Position numbers and translations under genes: made by a program. The notes beneath the pieces are model-generated. The model searched no databases. It had not been told where the DNA came from and saw only the letters and a program-made list of their open reading frames with translations. A DNA stretch of 47,547 nucleotides from Candidatus Micrarchaeaceae archaeon (GTDB lineage: Archaea > Micrarchaeota > Micrarchaeia > Micrarchaeales > Micrarchaeaceae). Every line of letters starts with the position of its first letter. Within the stretch, counting starts at the first letter, position 1. Location: NCBI GenBank assembly GCA_027310535.1, contig DAIDAQ010000007.1, positions 1 to 47,547 on the forward strand, written 5' to 3'. This document shows positions 9,107 through 18,139 of the stretch, piece by piece.

Positions 9107-9628
9107 TCACTCCTTTATCGCATAGTAGATCCCGTCCTGGAATACCCGTATGTCCCTTTTCCTTATTTTTGTGGCGCTCCTTATGTTTGCTGCAGTTTGC
9201 GCGACATCATCAAGCGACGTCCCATAAATCCGCACGTTCTGGCCCTTGACCTCAACCTTGGTGTCGCCGACTATCCTCGCCTTCCTTACCGAGCGCTCGC
9301 CGAACATGTTCTTGATCAAGACCTCGCTGCCCTTCGCCTCCACTGTCATCGGGAAGTGTGCGAAGACGATACTCATCTGCTTCTCGAAATGCTTTGCAAC
9401 GCCGCTTACGTCATTCCTCAGCTCATTTGCAAATGCGTTGAGCGCCTTGGCTGCTTTTTTTGCAAGCGCCCCCTTGGCGATTGCAGTTACCTCTACGATA
9501 CCGTTATCCGTTTTGACTGCGAGGAGAACGCCGTTGAACTTCCTCGCGTTCTGGCCCAGGCTGCCGCTGACCTTTACCTCGCTGCCGTTCACCTCTGCCT
9601 TTACTCCCTGCGGAAGCTCGATCTTCAT
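9107..9628 (-). CDS. rpl6: 50S ribosomal protein L6 (uL6)
   Basis: MKIELPQGVKAEVNGSEVKVSG... and operon position. The internal ATG at 9628 is preferred; ATG at 9646 is also possible. Confidence 0.88.
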   Translation of the reverse strand: MKIELPQGVKAEVNGSEVKVSGSLGQNARKFNGVLLAVKTDNGIVEVTAIAKGALAKKAAKALNAFANELRNDVSGVAKHFEKQMSIVFAHFPMTVEAKGSEVLIKNMFGERSVRKARIVGDTKVEVKGQNVRIYGTSLDDVAQTAANIRSATKIRKRDIRVFQDGIYYAIKE

Positions 9629-9635
9629 AGCATCA

Positions 9636-10031
9636 TCAATACACATAGGCGAGCAGCTTGCCGCCTATCCTCCTTTCCTTTACCTCCCTGCTGGTCAGCA
9701 CGCCCTGCGATGTGGATATAACCAACATGCCGAAATCCTTGCTAGGTATGTAACGCGACTCGTATTTCTGTATGTCTGAGCTGCCTATGCTGAACCTCGG
9801 TTTTATGACCCCTATGTCATTTATCTTCTTCGCTAGCGAGACGTGCAGCATCTTAGCATGCCTGACCGCGAACTCCTTGTAACCCCTGATGTAACCCTCC
9901 TTTTGCATCACAGCGAACACGGCTTTGGTAAGCTTTGTCGAATGCACTGTGCACTCTTCCCTGCCTATGAGCTCGTGCACCTTTATGATGTTTATTGAAT
10001 CAGCAAGCCTGTCTGTCATCTTATCAACCAT
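9636..10031 (-). CDS. rps8: 30S ribosomal protein S8 (uS8)
   Basis: MTDRLADSINIIKV... GGKLLAYVY. The start is ambiguous (10019, 10031 or GTG 10046). Confidence 0.88.
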   Translation of the reverse strand: MVDKMTDRLADSINIIKVHELIGREECTVHSTKLTKAVFAVMQKEGYIRGYKEFAVRHAKMLHVSLAKKINDIGVIKPRFSIGSSDIQKYESRYIPSKDFGMLVISTSQGVLTSREVKERRIGGKLLAYVY

Positions 10032-10182
10032 ACTTCTTGAAACCACGTGAAGCAGCTACCTCGCGCAGGCACCTCCTGCAGATGTAGAGCTTGTGCGCCC
10101 GTATCAGGCCTCTGGGGGTCCCGCATATCCTGCATTTCCTGTGGCCCTTGCCCTTGAACTTGTCCTCTATTTTTACCTTCAT
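10024..10182 (-). CDS. rps14: 30S ribosomal protein S14 (uS14, zinc-binding type); absent from the ORF track because it is under 60 aa
   Basis: Hand translation: MKVKIEDKFKGKGHRKCRICGTPRGLIRAHKLYICRRCLREVAASRGFKKYG. It has CxxC...CxxC and sits between L5 and S8 as expected. Confidence 0.85.
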   Translation of the reverse strand: MKVKIEDKFKGKGHRKCRICGTPRGLIRAHKLYICRRCLREVAASRGFKKYG

Positions 10183-10188
10183 CAAATA

Positions 10189-10707
10189 TCACTCGACTAT
10201 CTCTGTCTTGAGCTCTCTCTGCATGAACTCCTTTATCTCTTTAGGGCTCACCACTGCATGGTGCTTTGCCACCTTTCCACCCCTTATCTTCCTCCGTTCG
10301 ATGCACATTCCTGGCCTCTTGAACGAGAGGTTCACGTTCATCCCGAGCATGCCTATCTTTGGGTCGTACTTGACACCAGAGATATCTATATACTCCCTTA
10401 TGCCGAAGCTGGCAGTGTTGTTGCTTATCGAGCTCTCCTTCAGCCTGTTGTCCAAGGCGTCGAGCAGCCGCTTTGCGAGCTCCTTTGTTTCTTCCCTTAC
10501 TGTGACGAATGCACCGATCTTTGTCCCAGGAGATATCTTGAAAGCAGGGATCCTCTTCTTCGAGCGCTCGTCCATAGGTTTCCTCCCTGTTATCAGTTCG
10601 AGCAGCCGCTTTGCGCTCGCCTGCTTTGGGTCGTCGCTGCCGGTGCCTATGTTTATGACTACCTTGTCAAGTGCTATTTTCCTCATAGGGCTGGATGCCG
10701 TTTCCAT
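10189..10707 (-). CDS. rpl5: 50S ribosomal protein L5 (uL5)
   Basis: SPMRKIALDKVVINIG... and operon position. Confidence 0.9.
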   Translation of the reverse strand: METASSPMRKIALDKVVINIGTGSDDPKQASAKRLLELITGRKPMDERSKKRIPAFKISPGTKIGAFVTVREETKELAKRLLDALDNRLKESSISNNTASFGIREYIDISGVKYDPKIGMLGMNVNLSFKRPGMCIERRKIRGGKVAKHHAVVSPKEIKEFMQRELKTEIVE

Positions 10708-10711
10708 AAGC

Positions 10712-11383
10712 TCACTGTTCTGTCACCATGACATTTCTTATGATGGTCTCGAAGCTTCCACCCTGCGATTCCACTATGACGCTCTTGCTTGTGCGTGCCG
10801 TCCCATCTTTTACTTCTCTTATTGCCCCCTCTGCGCCAACGTTTACCCCTGCAATTACAAGGGCCCTGGCACCCTTTTCAAGCTTTATGACCTTCTTTAT
10901 TTTCCTGTCAGTGCCGAGCAAGACTGAATCATTAACCTTTCCGTCGCTGTTGCCCTCAACCGCGCTGCCGTCGTGGAGGCAGAACATAATCTTCCCCCCC
11001 CTGCTTTTGTATTTCCTGACGATGCTGTATACAAGGTCCGGATTTTCAATCTTTGTGAAAGTTGCCTTTGCGTTTTTGTTTATCCCTACCAGATAGCTTG
11101 AAGGACCGACGCCTATGATATCGCTGAGGCCGATGGGGTGCTTGTGGTCCCTGATCATCTTCCCGTTTACCTTTATCCTGCCGCTGTTGAGCACCTTCTT
11201 TGCGTCAGAAGTTGTCTGTACAAAATTCTCCTTTTTGAGGAAGAGTGCTATAGGCAGGCTTTTATCCATCGTGTGCCTGCCCGGCCTTGTTTTCATTACG
11301 TATTTGTTGGCCTTCCTGCCAGTGCCGAAGTAAATCGGCATCTCCAGCGACTTCATGTGCCTGTCATTGCCTTTTGACGCCAT
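10712..11383 (-). CDS. rps4e: 30S ribosomal protein S4e
   Basis: 223-aa archaeal/eukaryotic-type S4e (GRHTMDKSLPIALFLK...) in the expected operon position. Confidence 0.9.
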   Translation of the reverse strand: MASKGNDRHMKSLEMPIYFGTGRKANKYVMKTRPGRHTMDKSLPIALFLKKENFVQTTSDAKKVLNSGRIKVNGKMIRDHKHPIGLSDIIGVGPSSYLVGINKNAKATFTKIENPDLVYSIVRKYKSRGGKIMFCLHDGSAVEGNSDGKVNDSVLLGTDRKIKKVIKLEKGARALVIAGVNVGAEGAIREVKDGTARTSKSVIVESQGGSFETIIRNVMVTEQ

Positions 11384-11390
11384 AGTATCA

Positions 11391-11780
11391 CTATTTTGCC
11401 TTGGGTTCGCCGGTGCCCTTCACCTTCAGCCTGGCCGCCCTTGCCTTGTCGGTGAAGTTGAGGTCCGTGATGTACACGTTGCTGCAGCTCAGCGGCACGC
11501 CGTATTCCTTGCCCCTTGCATTCTTCTTCTTGATGCTGTCTACATAAATCCTCCCAAGCCTCATGTTCACTGCCGTGACCTTGCCCACCTTTCCCCTATG
11601 TGCGCCCGCCATCACCTTGACGGAATCGCCCTCTGATATCTGGACAGCCCTCCTGTTTATCCCCAGCTTCTGTCTGAGCTGCCTGTCCATGTGCGCATGC
11701 ACGAAGTGCTGCCTGAGGTGCATCGGCGCGTTGAACCTAAAGAATCTCTGCCTTCTAGGTTTGCTGCTCTTTATCATCAT
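11391..11780 (-). CDS. rpl24: 50S ribosomal protein L24 (uL24)
   Basis: KOW motif GDSVKVMAGAHRGKVGKVTAV. Its start overlaps the L14 stop by 4 nt. Confidence 0.9.
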   Translation of the reverse strand: MMIKSSKPRRQRFFRFNAPMHLRQHFVHAHMDRQLRQKLGINRRAVQISEGDSVKVMAGAHRGKVGKVTAVNMRLGRIYVDSIKKKNARGKEYGVPLSCSNVYITDLNFTDKARAARLKVKGTGEPKAK

Positions 11781-12175
11781 ACCACCCTTGAGGCTACGTT
11801 CGCTATCTTTGCGTACCTCGCGATTACCTCCCTGGCTATCGGTCCCTTCACAGAAGTCCCTATCGGCAGGTTCGTGTCATTGATCAGTATCGCCGCATTG
11901 TCCTCAAACTTGATGCGCATCCCGTCGGCCCTCCTAACTGGGACCTTCTGCCTTATAACCACGGCCCGCACCACCTTCTTAAGGTACTGTGGTGTTCCAC
12001 TCTTGACACTTGCGCTCACTATGTCACCAATCCCAGATTTTGAGTACCTTCCCTTGCTGCCCTGCTTCCCTATCTTGTTGATTATCATCAGCTTGTAGGC
12101 TCCGCTGTTGTCGGCGCATTCTAGCACGGTGCTCGGCACCAGTGTTTTTGGTATCTTTGTTGCTACCCCCTTCAT
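11777..12175 (-). CDS. rpl14: 50S ribosomal protein L14 (uL14)
   Basis: LECADNSGAYKLMII... and operon position. Confidence 0.92.
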   Translation of the reverse strand: MKGVATKIPKTLVPSTVLECADNSGAYKLMIINKIGKQGSKGRYSKSGIGDIVSASVKSGTPQYLKKVVRAVVIRQKVPVRRADGMRIKFEDNAAILINDTNLPIGTSVKGPIAREVIARYAKIANVASRVV

Positions 12176-12468
12176 TGCCCCACACCCTTCAGCACCCTCG
12201 TGATGACGAACGATTTTGTCTTGCTAATCCTCCTTGTATTTGCGATCGTCACGAAGTCGCCCTGCTTTGCCTTTATGCAATCCGGATTGTGTGCAGGTAT
12301 CCTAGAAGTTTTCCTCAGCGAGCGCTCGTATTTCTGCAGGAATGTTGTGTACTCCCTCTCCACGATTGCGGTCTTCGCGGCTCTGTCGCTGACCACGACG
12401 CCGTTGAATTCATAGCCGTGCGTCTTCAGCTTCCCGTGAACCGGGCATTTGATGTCATTACACTCCAA
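12172..12468 (-). CDS. rps17: 30S ribosomal protein S17 (uS17)
   Basis: CNDIKCPVHGKLKTHG...VVSDRAAKTAIVEREY. Its stop overlaps the L14 start by 4 nt. Confidence 0.88.
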   Translation of the reverse strand: MECNDIKCPVHGKLKTHGYEFNGVVVSDRAAKTAIVEREYTTFLQKYERSLRKTSRIPAHNPDCIKAKQGDFVTIANTRRISKTKSFVITRVLKGVGQ

Positions 12469-12502
12469 TTTACCACTTCAGATTGCGGCCAGGAACAGCC
12501 TG

Positions 12503-12793
12503 TCAGAGATGCCTCCTCCTATAATACTTCATACCCTTCTCTATCCTTTCGAAGGGGCGAAAAGCTATTTCATTGCCTGGAACTGTAAATACCTTTTTGT
12601 CAGCAATAAATTTAAATGTTGAGATTCGCTTCCCGATGCGCCTTGTCCCGCCATTTGTCATAACGACAAGCGTATTCTTGGTCTCGTCTATGACGGTTCC
12701 GCTAATCCCCCTCTGCGCCTTGTCCCTGCTGCCTGCTACCTTTACCTTGAGCCCAATAAGCTCGTGAAGCACTATGTTCTTGTTGTCGTACAC
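12503..12793 (-). CDS. rnp1: RNase P protein component 1 (Rpp29/Pop4 homologue)
   Basis: LHELIGLKVKVAGSRDKAQRGISGTVIDETKNTLVV matches the Sm-like Rpp29 fold pattern. It holds the canonical position upstream of S17. GTG start. Confidence 0.7.
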   Translation of the reverse strand: MYDNKNIVLHELIGLKVKVAGSRDKAQRGISGTVIDETKNTLVVMTNGGTRRIGKRISTFKFIADKKVFTVPGNEIAFRPFERIEKGMKYYRRRHL

Positions 12794-12810
12794 ATTAGAG
12801 CTTTCACGAA

Positions 12811-12824
12811 TAGATATTTATAGG
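12811..12824 (-). promoter_or_regulatory. TATA box (CCTATAAATATC on the minus strand) about 26 nt upstream of the rnp1 GTG; implies a leaderless operon mRNA
   Basis: Read directly. The spacing fits archaeal TATA-to-transcription-start distance. Confidence 0.5.
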
Positions 12825-12835
12825 CGGGGTGGCCG

Positions 12836-14056
12836 CTATTTCACGGTTATCCTGTCTGCTATATTCGTTATCCTGTCGATGTCGTAGTTGATGATGGTGC
12901 CGTAGTTGGTCTTTATCGCGATTATGCCGTTGCCAGGCAGAACCCTGACTATCTTCCCTATGTATGCCCCTATGTCGCTAATCACCACCTTGCCCTTCAT
13001 CCTTGAGCGCTTTATGGCAGACTTCCTTAGGTGCACGCTGAAAAGCGAGATGCCGTATCCTGCAACTATCGTTATTACGCTGTACAGGAAGAGCTCCCAA
13101 AGGTAGATCTGGCCTATGAACCACGCTGCAGTAAGATATAGCAGCACTATTCCCATTACCCCATAGCCGATATACGACCCCTCCCTTATAGCCCTGAATC
13201 TCAGCTTTCTGCTCTCAAGATCTACGATCCTGCCCGCTACATAGAGCGCGAGGCTGATCGGAAGTATGAGTATGAAGCCCTCGACGGCATACGAAGCTAT
13301 GCTGACAGGATCATTGGTTGTCTTCGACCCGTATGCGTACCCTCCATAGCCCACGACGATTGCTATGATAAAGAAGAGTATACTGCCTACATAGAAGATG
13401 AAGCTGAGCCGCTCGATGCTGAAGCCGAAGCCCCTGAAGCTGTAGCTTATCCTGTCCTCGAATCCCACCCCCTTCACGATCAGGTACAATCCTATCAGCG
13501 CGACAGGTGGCTGCCATCCGAGGTTTAAGTAATAGCTTGCCGCAAAGAGCAGCATTATCAGCGCAGGGACGCCGAACACGATCCTAGCGTAGTGCGGTTC
13601 CTTGAGCTTTTCCAGTATGGCAAAGTACGTGTTTTCGAGCTGTTCCGCCTGCTTCATCCGCACTATGTCCACGCTATTCACTTTTATCCTGTTCTTGAGC
13701 AGCGGCAGAACCCTTGAATCGCTCGCACCGTCTGTGACCAGGACGCACGCATCAACCTTGAATCTGTCTATTGTTATCTCAATCTGCCGTGCAAGCTCAG
13801 CGTCAGCGACATAGCCCTCTCTCTCCGCCCCCGTGAGGGTTGCAATCCGCACCCCATACCCTATTTTCTTAAGCTCATCGTATTTCCTGACCGCCTCGAA
13901 CATCGCGTTTGCGTCGGTATCCTGCGGGTCTCTTAGTGCAAGCGCCGAAGCGGCCTCCAAATTCTCCTCCCTTCCAAAAACAGGCCCTGTTATCTTGGCC
14001 TTGCGGTAGAGGTCATTGTCTATGTCCACCGCCAGAACCAAGATGCGCTCCTGCAT
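12836..14056 (-). CDS. DUF373-family archaeal integral membrane protein
   Basis: N-terminal soluble domain ILVLAVDIDNDLYRKAKITGPVFGREENLEAASALALRDPQDTDANAMF, followed by several TM helices. ATG at 14056 chosen (MQERILVL). Confidence 0.6.
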   Translation of the reverse strand: MQERILVLAVDIDNDLYRKAKITGPVFGREENLEAASALALRDPQDTDANAMFEAVRKYDELKKIGYGVRIATLTGAEREGYVADAELARQIEITIDRFKVDACVLVTDGASDSRVLPLLKNRIKVNSVDIVRMKQAEQLENTYFAILEKLKEPHYARIVFGVPALIMLLFAASYYLNLGWQPPVALIGLYLIVKGVGFEDRISYSFRGFGFSIERLSFIFYVGSILFFIIAIVVGYGGYAYGSKTTNDPVSIASYAVEGFILILPISLALYVAGRIVDLESRKLRFRAIREGSYIGYGVMGIVLLYLTAAWFIGQIYLWELFLYSVITIVAGYGISLFSVHLRKSAIKRSRMKGKVVISDIGAYIGKIVRVLPGNGIIAIKTNYGTIINYDIDRITNIADRITVK

Positions 14057-14175
14057 CAGACCACAGGAATAGTGCTCTGAGCAATAATAAAAGACTATCG
14101 ACATATCACGATGAAGCCAGTGCCATTTTGGAGTGCCGCCGAAAGCACTTTATATCTGAAAAGAAAATACCTCCT

Positions 14176-14847
14176 ATGAAGTCAAACATAGATGGTTGCA
14201 TGTCTAATAAGAGTTTACTACTTGATGCGGATTTTTATGTCACCCGTTCCGGCGAGCTGCTAAACCCGTTCAACATTGTCAAGACTCCGGGCCAGCTTAC
14301 GGTAAAATCAGAAAGCAAGATCTACAACCTCGGAGATTTTGCTACCATGACGGAAGCTGCGGCAGACCGCAAGTTCGTAAAGGAGATGTTTGATAACCAT
14401 TATGCGGTGCTGGTAGCACCTGAAAAAGGTCTGATATGGCCTGCTGGCCTGTACGAGATCGACTCAAACAGCAGCGGCGTCACATTCAGGGCGGTTGACC
14501 AATACGGGTTTAACACCCTATTCTTCCTCCAAAGGGCCGTTGTCACCCGCGACGGTGAAAAATTTGCAGCAAGCGGCAATCTGTTGCTGATGTACATCGG
14601 TGCGCCAAAGGACACCATCGCGACAAACACCTATTCAGTAATATTCTCAGGGATCGATCTGGGCATGATCTCAGGCGCCAAGGAGTCAAAGATACCAATA
14701 TATGCCGCGCTCCGAAATCCTTACACGCGCTCCGAGATTCCACCAATAAACAGGAGGGAATACATCGAGCTCGAGTTTCCAAGTGGGGAAAAGACTACAC
14801 TGGATGCGCCGAAAGGCACGGTTGTGAAAATCCTCAGGCGCATCTGA
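14176..14847 (+). CDS. Hypothetical protein (223 aa); no recognisable family
   Basis: Long ORF with normal composition. ATG at 14176 verified. The track's longer N-terminal extension overlaps the DUF373 gene antisense. Confidence 0.5.
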   Translation: MKSNIDGCMSNKSLLLDADFYVTRSGELLNPFNIVKTPGQLTVKSESKIYNLGDFATMTEAAADRKFVKEMFDNHYAVLVAPEKGLIWPAGLYEIDSNSSGVTFRAVDQYGFNTLFFLQRAVVTRDGEKFAASGNLLLMYIGAPKDTIATNTYSVIFSGIDLGMISGAKESKIPIYAALRNPYTRSEIPPINRREYIELEFPSGEKTTLDAPKGTVVKILRRI

Positions 14848-14867
14848 TCACTCCTTGTAAGTTTCGC

Positions 14868-15128
14868 TCAGCCGCTGTGTTCCCCCTCTCTCCTTATATC
14901 GGGTAACGGCACCTTGTGCTCGCGGTTGTACTTTATCCATTCATCAATCACGTTAACGATTCTGCCGATGTGTTTTGCCTCCTCCTTGGTGATCGGATCA
15001 CCGTTCCTGTTGTCGATTATGAAGCCAACAGTGGCAATGCGATCCGCAAGCGCCTTCATATCCCTCTTGTTTCCCCATCCTACTCCCTGCTGTTCAGGCC
15101 TCTTTCCATAAGAATTTTTGCTTTGCAT
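14868..15128 (-). CDS. Hypothetical small protein (86 aa)
   Basis: ORF with balanced composition, convergent with the previous gene. No motif recognised. Confidence 0.35.
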   Translation of the reverse strand: MQSKNSYGKRPEQQGVGWGNKRDMKALADRIATVGFIIDNRNGDPITKEEAKHIGRIVNVIDEWIKYNREHKVPLPDIRREGEHSG

Positions 15129-15307
15129 AAATCTTCACCGTTTTGCTTTTGGTTTCTTCTCTTTATTCAACCACATATATAGAGTTTTTGTCCAGTAGTT
15201 TGTATCTGCATCAGCAACTGACTTACTGTTTTATCTCGTAATTCCACTACTGCAATGAAGCGGAATGCTTAAAAGGATTTATAATGTTAGCTTAAACCAG
15301 CGATAGA

Positions 15308-15964
15308 GTGAAGAACCAAAAGACCAATATGGTCAATCCAGTCGTTGAAGCCTGCCTAAAGATGTGCTATAACCAGCCCGAGGGATGTCTTTTCGTCGTT
15401 GAGCTTGCAGGCACAAGGGGCTACTACATGCAGTCAAACATCCAGATCTTCAAGAAAAGCGGCAGGCGCCTCTCGGTACTTAACAAGGGCGATGCGGTCC
15501 TGATAAGGCGCCTCGCTGGGCTTGACGGTGCGATAATAGTTAGCAATAGGGGGGAGCTTATGCAGGTCGGCGCCACGCTCGTGCACTCTAAGAATTTTCT
15601 CAGCCATGGGAAGAGGCACGCGTTCGCCCTCGGCACGAGCGCCTACTCCCCAAACCTCGTCTGCCTTCTTGCAAGCGAGGAGGACAAGCACATTCGCACT
15701 TTCAGGGAAGGGTTCCTCGTAGCAAACATAAACTCAGAAACAAAGGTGCCTGTGACAACTAGAAGCAAGGTTGTTGAGCTGCTTACGTCGAGGATTACAA
15801 GCCTGGTGGTCGCCAGTGGGATAGCTGCTAGCCTTCTCACCGTTAACCCAATCCCTGCGATAGTTACGATAAGCGGCACACAAGTGATAACGTTTGAGGG
15901 ATTTGAAAGAGTAAGAGAGTTCTTCTTCGGACGTGCATCGCGTGCGCATAGTGCGCATGTGTAA
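15308..15964 (+). CDS. Divergent DisA_N / diadenylate-cyclase (DAC)-like domain protein with a C-terminal TM segment
   Basis: GCLFVVE, LDGAIIVSNRGELMQVGATL, GKRHAFALGTS and LLASEEDKHIRTFREG are collinear with DAC motifs (GALIVIE, HDGAVII, GTRHRAALG, VSEETG). The hydrophobic stretch SLVVASGIAASLLTVNPIPAIVTI lies near the C-terminus. Confidence 0.45.
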   Translation: MKNQKTNMVNPVVEACLKMCYNQPEGCLFVVELAGTRGYYMQSNIQIFKKSGRRLSVLNKGDAVLIRRLAGLDGAIIVSNRGELMQVGATLVHSKNFLSHGKRHAFALGTSAYSPNLVCLLASEEDKHIRTFREGFLVANINSETKVPVTTRSKVVELLTSRITSLVVASGIAASLLTVNPIPAIVTISGTQVITFEGFERVREFFFGRASRAHSAHV

Positions 15965-15970
15965 TTGTGC

Positions 15971-17233
15971 TCAGTACCAGCCCCTCACTTTCATCGCGCC
16001 TGCCACTCTCCTAAGTGCAATGATGTAGGCAGCCATCCTGAGGTTTACCTTTCTTCCGAGTCCTTTGTATGCCTTCTGTGCTGCAAGCACATCGCTGAAT
16101 GACCTTGTTATTATGGTATCAAGCTTCTTGTATACTTCCTCTTTTGTCCAGTAATACCCAGAGATGTTCTGCGCCCACTCAAAGTACGAGACGATCACTC
16201 CTCCAGAGTTTACGAGGAAATCAGGGAGATCAAGCACACCTCTTTCATGCAGTATCCTGTCTGCCTCTGGGGTCACCGGCCCGTTCGCGAGTTCGAGCAG
16301 CACTTTCGTGTTAATCTTGTCTGCATTCCTCTTTGTTATCTGGTTTTCTATAGCTGCAGGTATAAGCACGTCGACATCCAGCTCCAGTAGCTCGTCGTTT
16401 GTTATCCTCCTCGCGTCTTTGTAATACATCACACTACCGTGCTGCTTCGCTTCCTCAAGCTTCTTGTAGTCTAGGCCTTTCTCACTGTAGACACCTCCCT
16501 GCGAGTCGCTTATAGCCACGACCTTCGCCTTGAACATTTTTGTCACAAGGTCAAAGGCGAAGTTGCCTGCGTTGCCGAAGCCCTGTATAGCAACCTTTGC
16601 GTTTCTCAGGTTCAGCTTCTTCAGTTTCGCTGCTTCCCTCAACACGTACATTCCTCCAACCGCAGTGGAGTCGAACCTTCCCTGCGAGCCCCATAACTCA
16701 AGTGGTTTGCCAGTTATCATTCCAAACTCGTCGCGCCCGTGCATCTTACTATACTCATCAGCCATCCACGCCATCACCTGTGGGTTTGTGTAGACGTCTG
16801 GTGCAGGCACGTCGGTGAACGGGCCGACGAACTTTTCTATCGAGCGGATGTACTGGCGGGACAACCCCTCAAGCTCCTGCTCTGACAGCTTTTTTGTGTC
16901 CACAACAACACCACCCTTTGCGCCCCCAAAAGGTATATCAGCCAGTGCGCACTTCCATGTCATCCATGCAGACAGCGCCTTTACAGTGTCCACGCTCTCC
17001 TGCGGGTGAAACCTAATCCCGCCCTTGCCAGGCCCCCTTGCGTTGTTGTAGAGTATCCTGAACCCGGTGTAGGTGTTTGTGGAGCCATCCCTCATCCTGA
17101 CGGGGAAGTTAACCGTAACTGTCTGCATCGGCTCTCTGAGAATGGAATGTGCTTGCTTATCCAGTTTCATAATAGATGCAGCCTCATCGAGCTGCGCCTG
17201 TGCAATCTTAAACGGATTTAGCTCCTCTGTCAT
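15971..17233 (-). CDS. gdhA: Glutamate dehydrogenase
   Basis: GPGKGGIRFHP, FGGAKGGV and the Rossmann motif IQGFGNAGN. ATG at 17233 (MTEELNPF) verified. Confidence 0.92.
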   Translation of the reverse strand: MTEELNPFKIAQAQLDEAASIMKLDKQAHSILREPMQTVTVNFPVRMRDGSTNTYTGFRILYNNARGPGKGGIRFHPQESVDTVKALSAWMTWKCALADIPFGGAKGGVVVDTKKLSEQELEGLSRQYIRSIEKFVGPFTDVPAPDVYTNPQVMAWMADEYSKMHGRDEFGMITGKPLELWGSQGRFDSTAVGGMYVLREAAKLKKLNLRNAKVAIQGFGNAGNFAFDLVTKMFKAKVVAISDSQGGVYSEKGLDYKKLEEAKQHGSVMYYKDARRITNDELLELDVDVLIPAAIENQITKRNADKINTKVLLELANGPVTPEADRILHERGVLDLPDFLVNSGGVIVSYFEWAQNISGYYWTKEEVYKKLDTIITRSFSDVLAAQKAYKGLGRKVNLRMAAYIIALRRVAGAMKVRGWY

Positions 17234-17300
17234 GTCACCACGACATGCACTCACTACTCAAGTATTTAAAACATTCATGAAGTTATAAAGTGGTGATATT

Positions 17301-17777
17301 ATGCGGATTTCCCTTCTTATGGTGATATCAGTCCTCTCCACGGTTGCCGTATTATATCTACTGTACTATCTACTAAATGTTGTGCGAGCTCCGCTCCCGA
17401 GATCGTTCACTGTTTCGGGCCGGACATTCAATTTCACTGCCTATGCAACCACGGAGCAGCAGCGCGAGCATGGACTTATGAACCAGTCAATCCAGAACGG
17501 CACATTCATGCTGTTCGTCTTCCCGAGCAAAGCAGTTTACAGCTTCTGGATGTACGATACCTACAACAGCCTCGATATCATTTGGTTGGACGGAAGCCTG
17601 CACGGCGACGCTACAGTGGTATACATTGCAAAAAACGCACTACCGTGTTCCTCGGCGCAGCAGCAGGATTGCACTGTTTACACTCCTAATGCAACTGCCA
17701 ACTATGTAATAGAAACTAGGGCAGGATTTGTTGCGCGATATGGATTAGTTACAGGAACGCCAATAAAATTTGGATGA
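17301..17777 (+). CDS. DUF192-domain protein with an N-terminal TM/signal anchor
   Basis: ATTEQQREHGLM...FMLFVFP...SFWMYDTYNSLDIIWLD...ANYVIETRAGF follows the DUF192 pattern. Confidence 0.65.
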   Translation: MRISLLMVISVLSTVAVLYLLYYLLNVVRAPLPRSFTVSGRTFNFTAYATTEQQREHGLMNQSIQNGTFMLFVFPSKAVYSFWMYDTYNSLDIIWLDGSLHGDATVVYIAKNALPCSSAQQQDCTVYTPNATANYVIETRAGFVARYGLVTGTPIKFG

Positions 17778-17779
17778 AC

Positions 17780-18139
17780 CTACCTAAGGCTGACGGGTTG
17801 CGCCTTTGTTTCCTCCTTTCCTGCTAACACTGCTGTATTATATGCCACAACCTCGGTCATGCTGTTCCCCAAATCTGAAGAGTCAAAACACATCGAAACC
17901 ACTGCGTTGACACACATCGACTTTGCATGCTCAATCAGCTGCTTATCGCATGTTCTCTTGCCTGGCTGAGCATCCTTGTATATACTCCCATCTCACCTCC
18001 GGCAAGGCTCTTGAGCCCAGCAACTATGTTGCTTCCAAGTCCCCCCTGCTTCTAACCACGACGCCGAAGCTTGGTCCAACGATCCTCTTTACCCTCATGC
18101 CTGGTATGTAATCAGTCGTTGCCACTATGATGTTTCCTT
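17780..18139 (-). pseudogene. YbjQ/UPF0145 (DUF74) family gene, frameshifted at least twice and abutted at its 5' end by an IS
   Basis: Hand translation in three frames gives KGNIIVATTDYIPGMRVKRIVGPSFGVVVRSRG / GLGSNIVAGLKSLAGGEMGVYTRMLSQAREHAISS / LIEHAKSMCVNAVVSMCFDSSDLGNSMTEVVAYNTAVL. One shift lies in a G6 run. Confidence 0.6.

Noticed and set aside
10091-10927. 278-aa plus-strand ORF, along with several other long ORFs antisense to the ribosomal-protein operon.
   Set aside because: They are antisense to unmistakable L5/S4e genes. Their Ser/Leu/Phe-rich low-complexity composition is typical of shadow ORFs.
13909-14175. N-terminal extension of the 312-aa ORF in the track.
   Set aside because: The extension is Pro/Arg/Cys-rich and lies antisense to the DUF373 gene start. 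The internal ATG at 14176 gives a plausible product.
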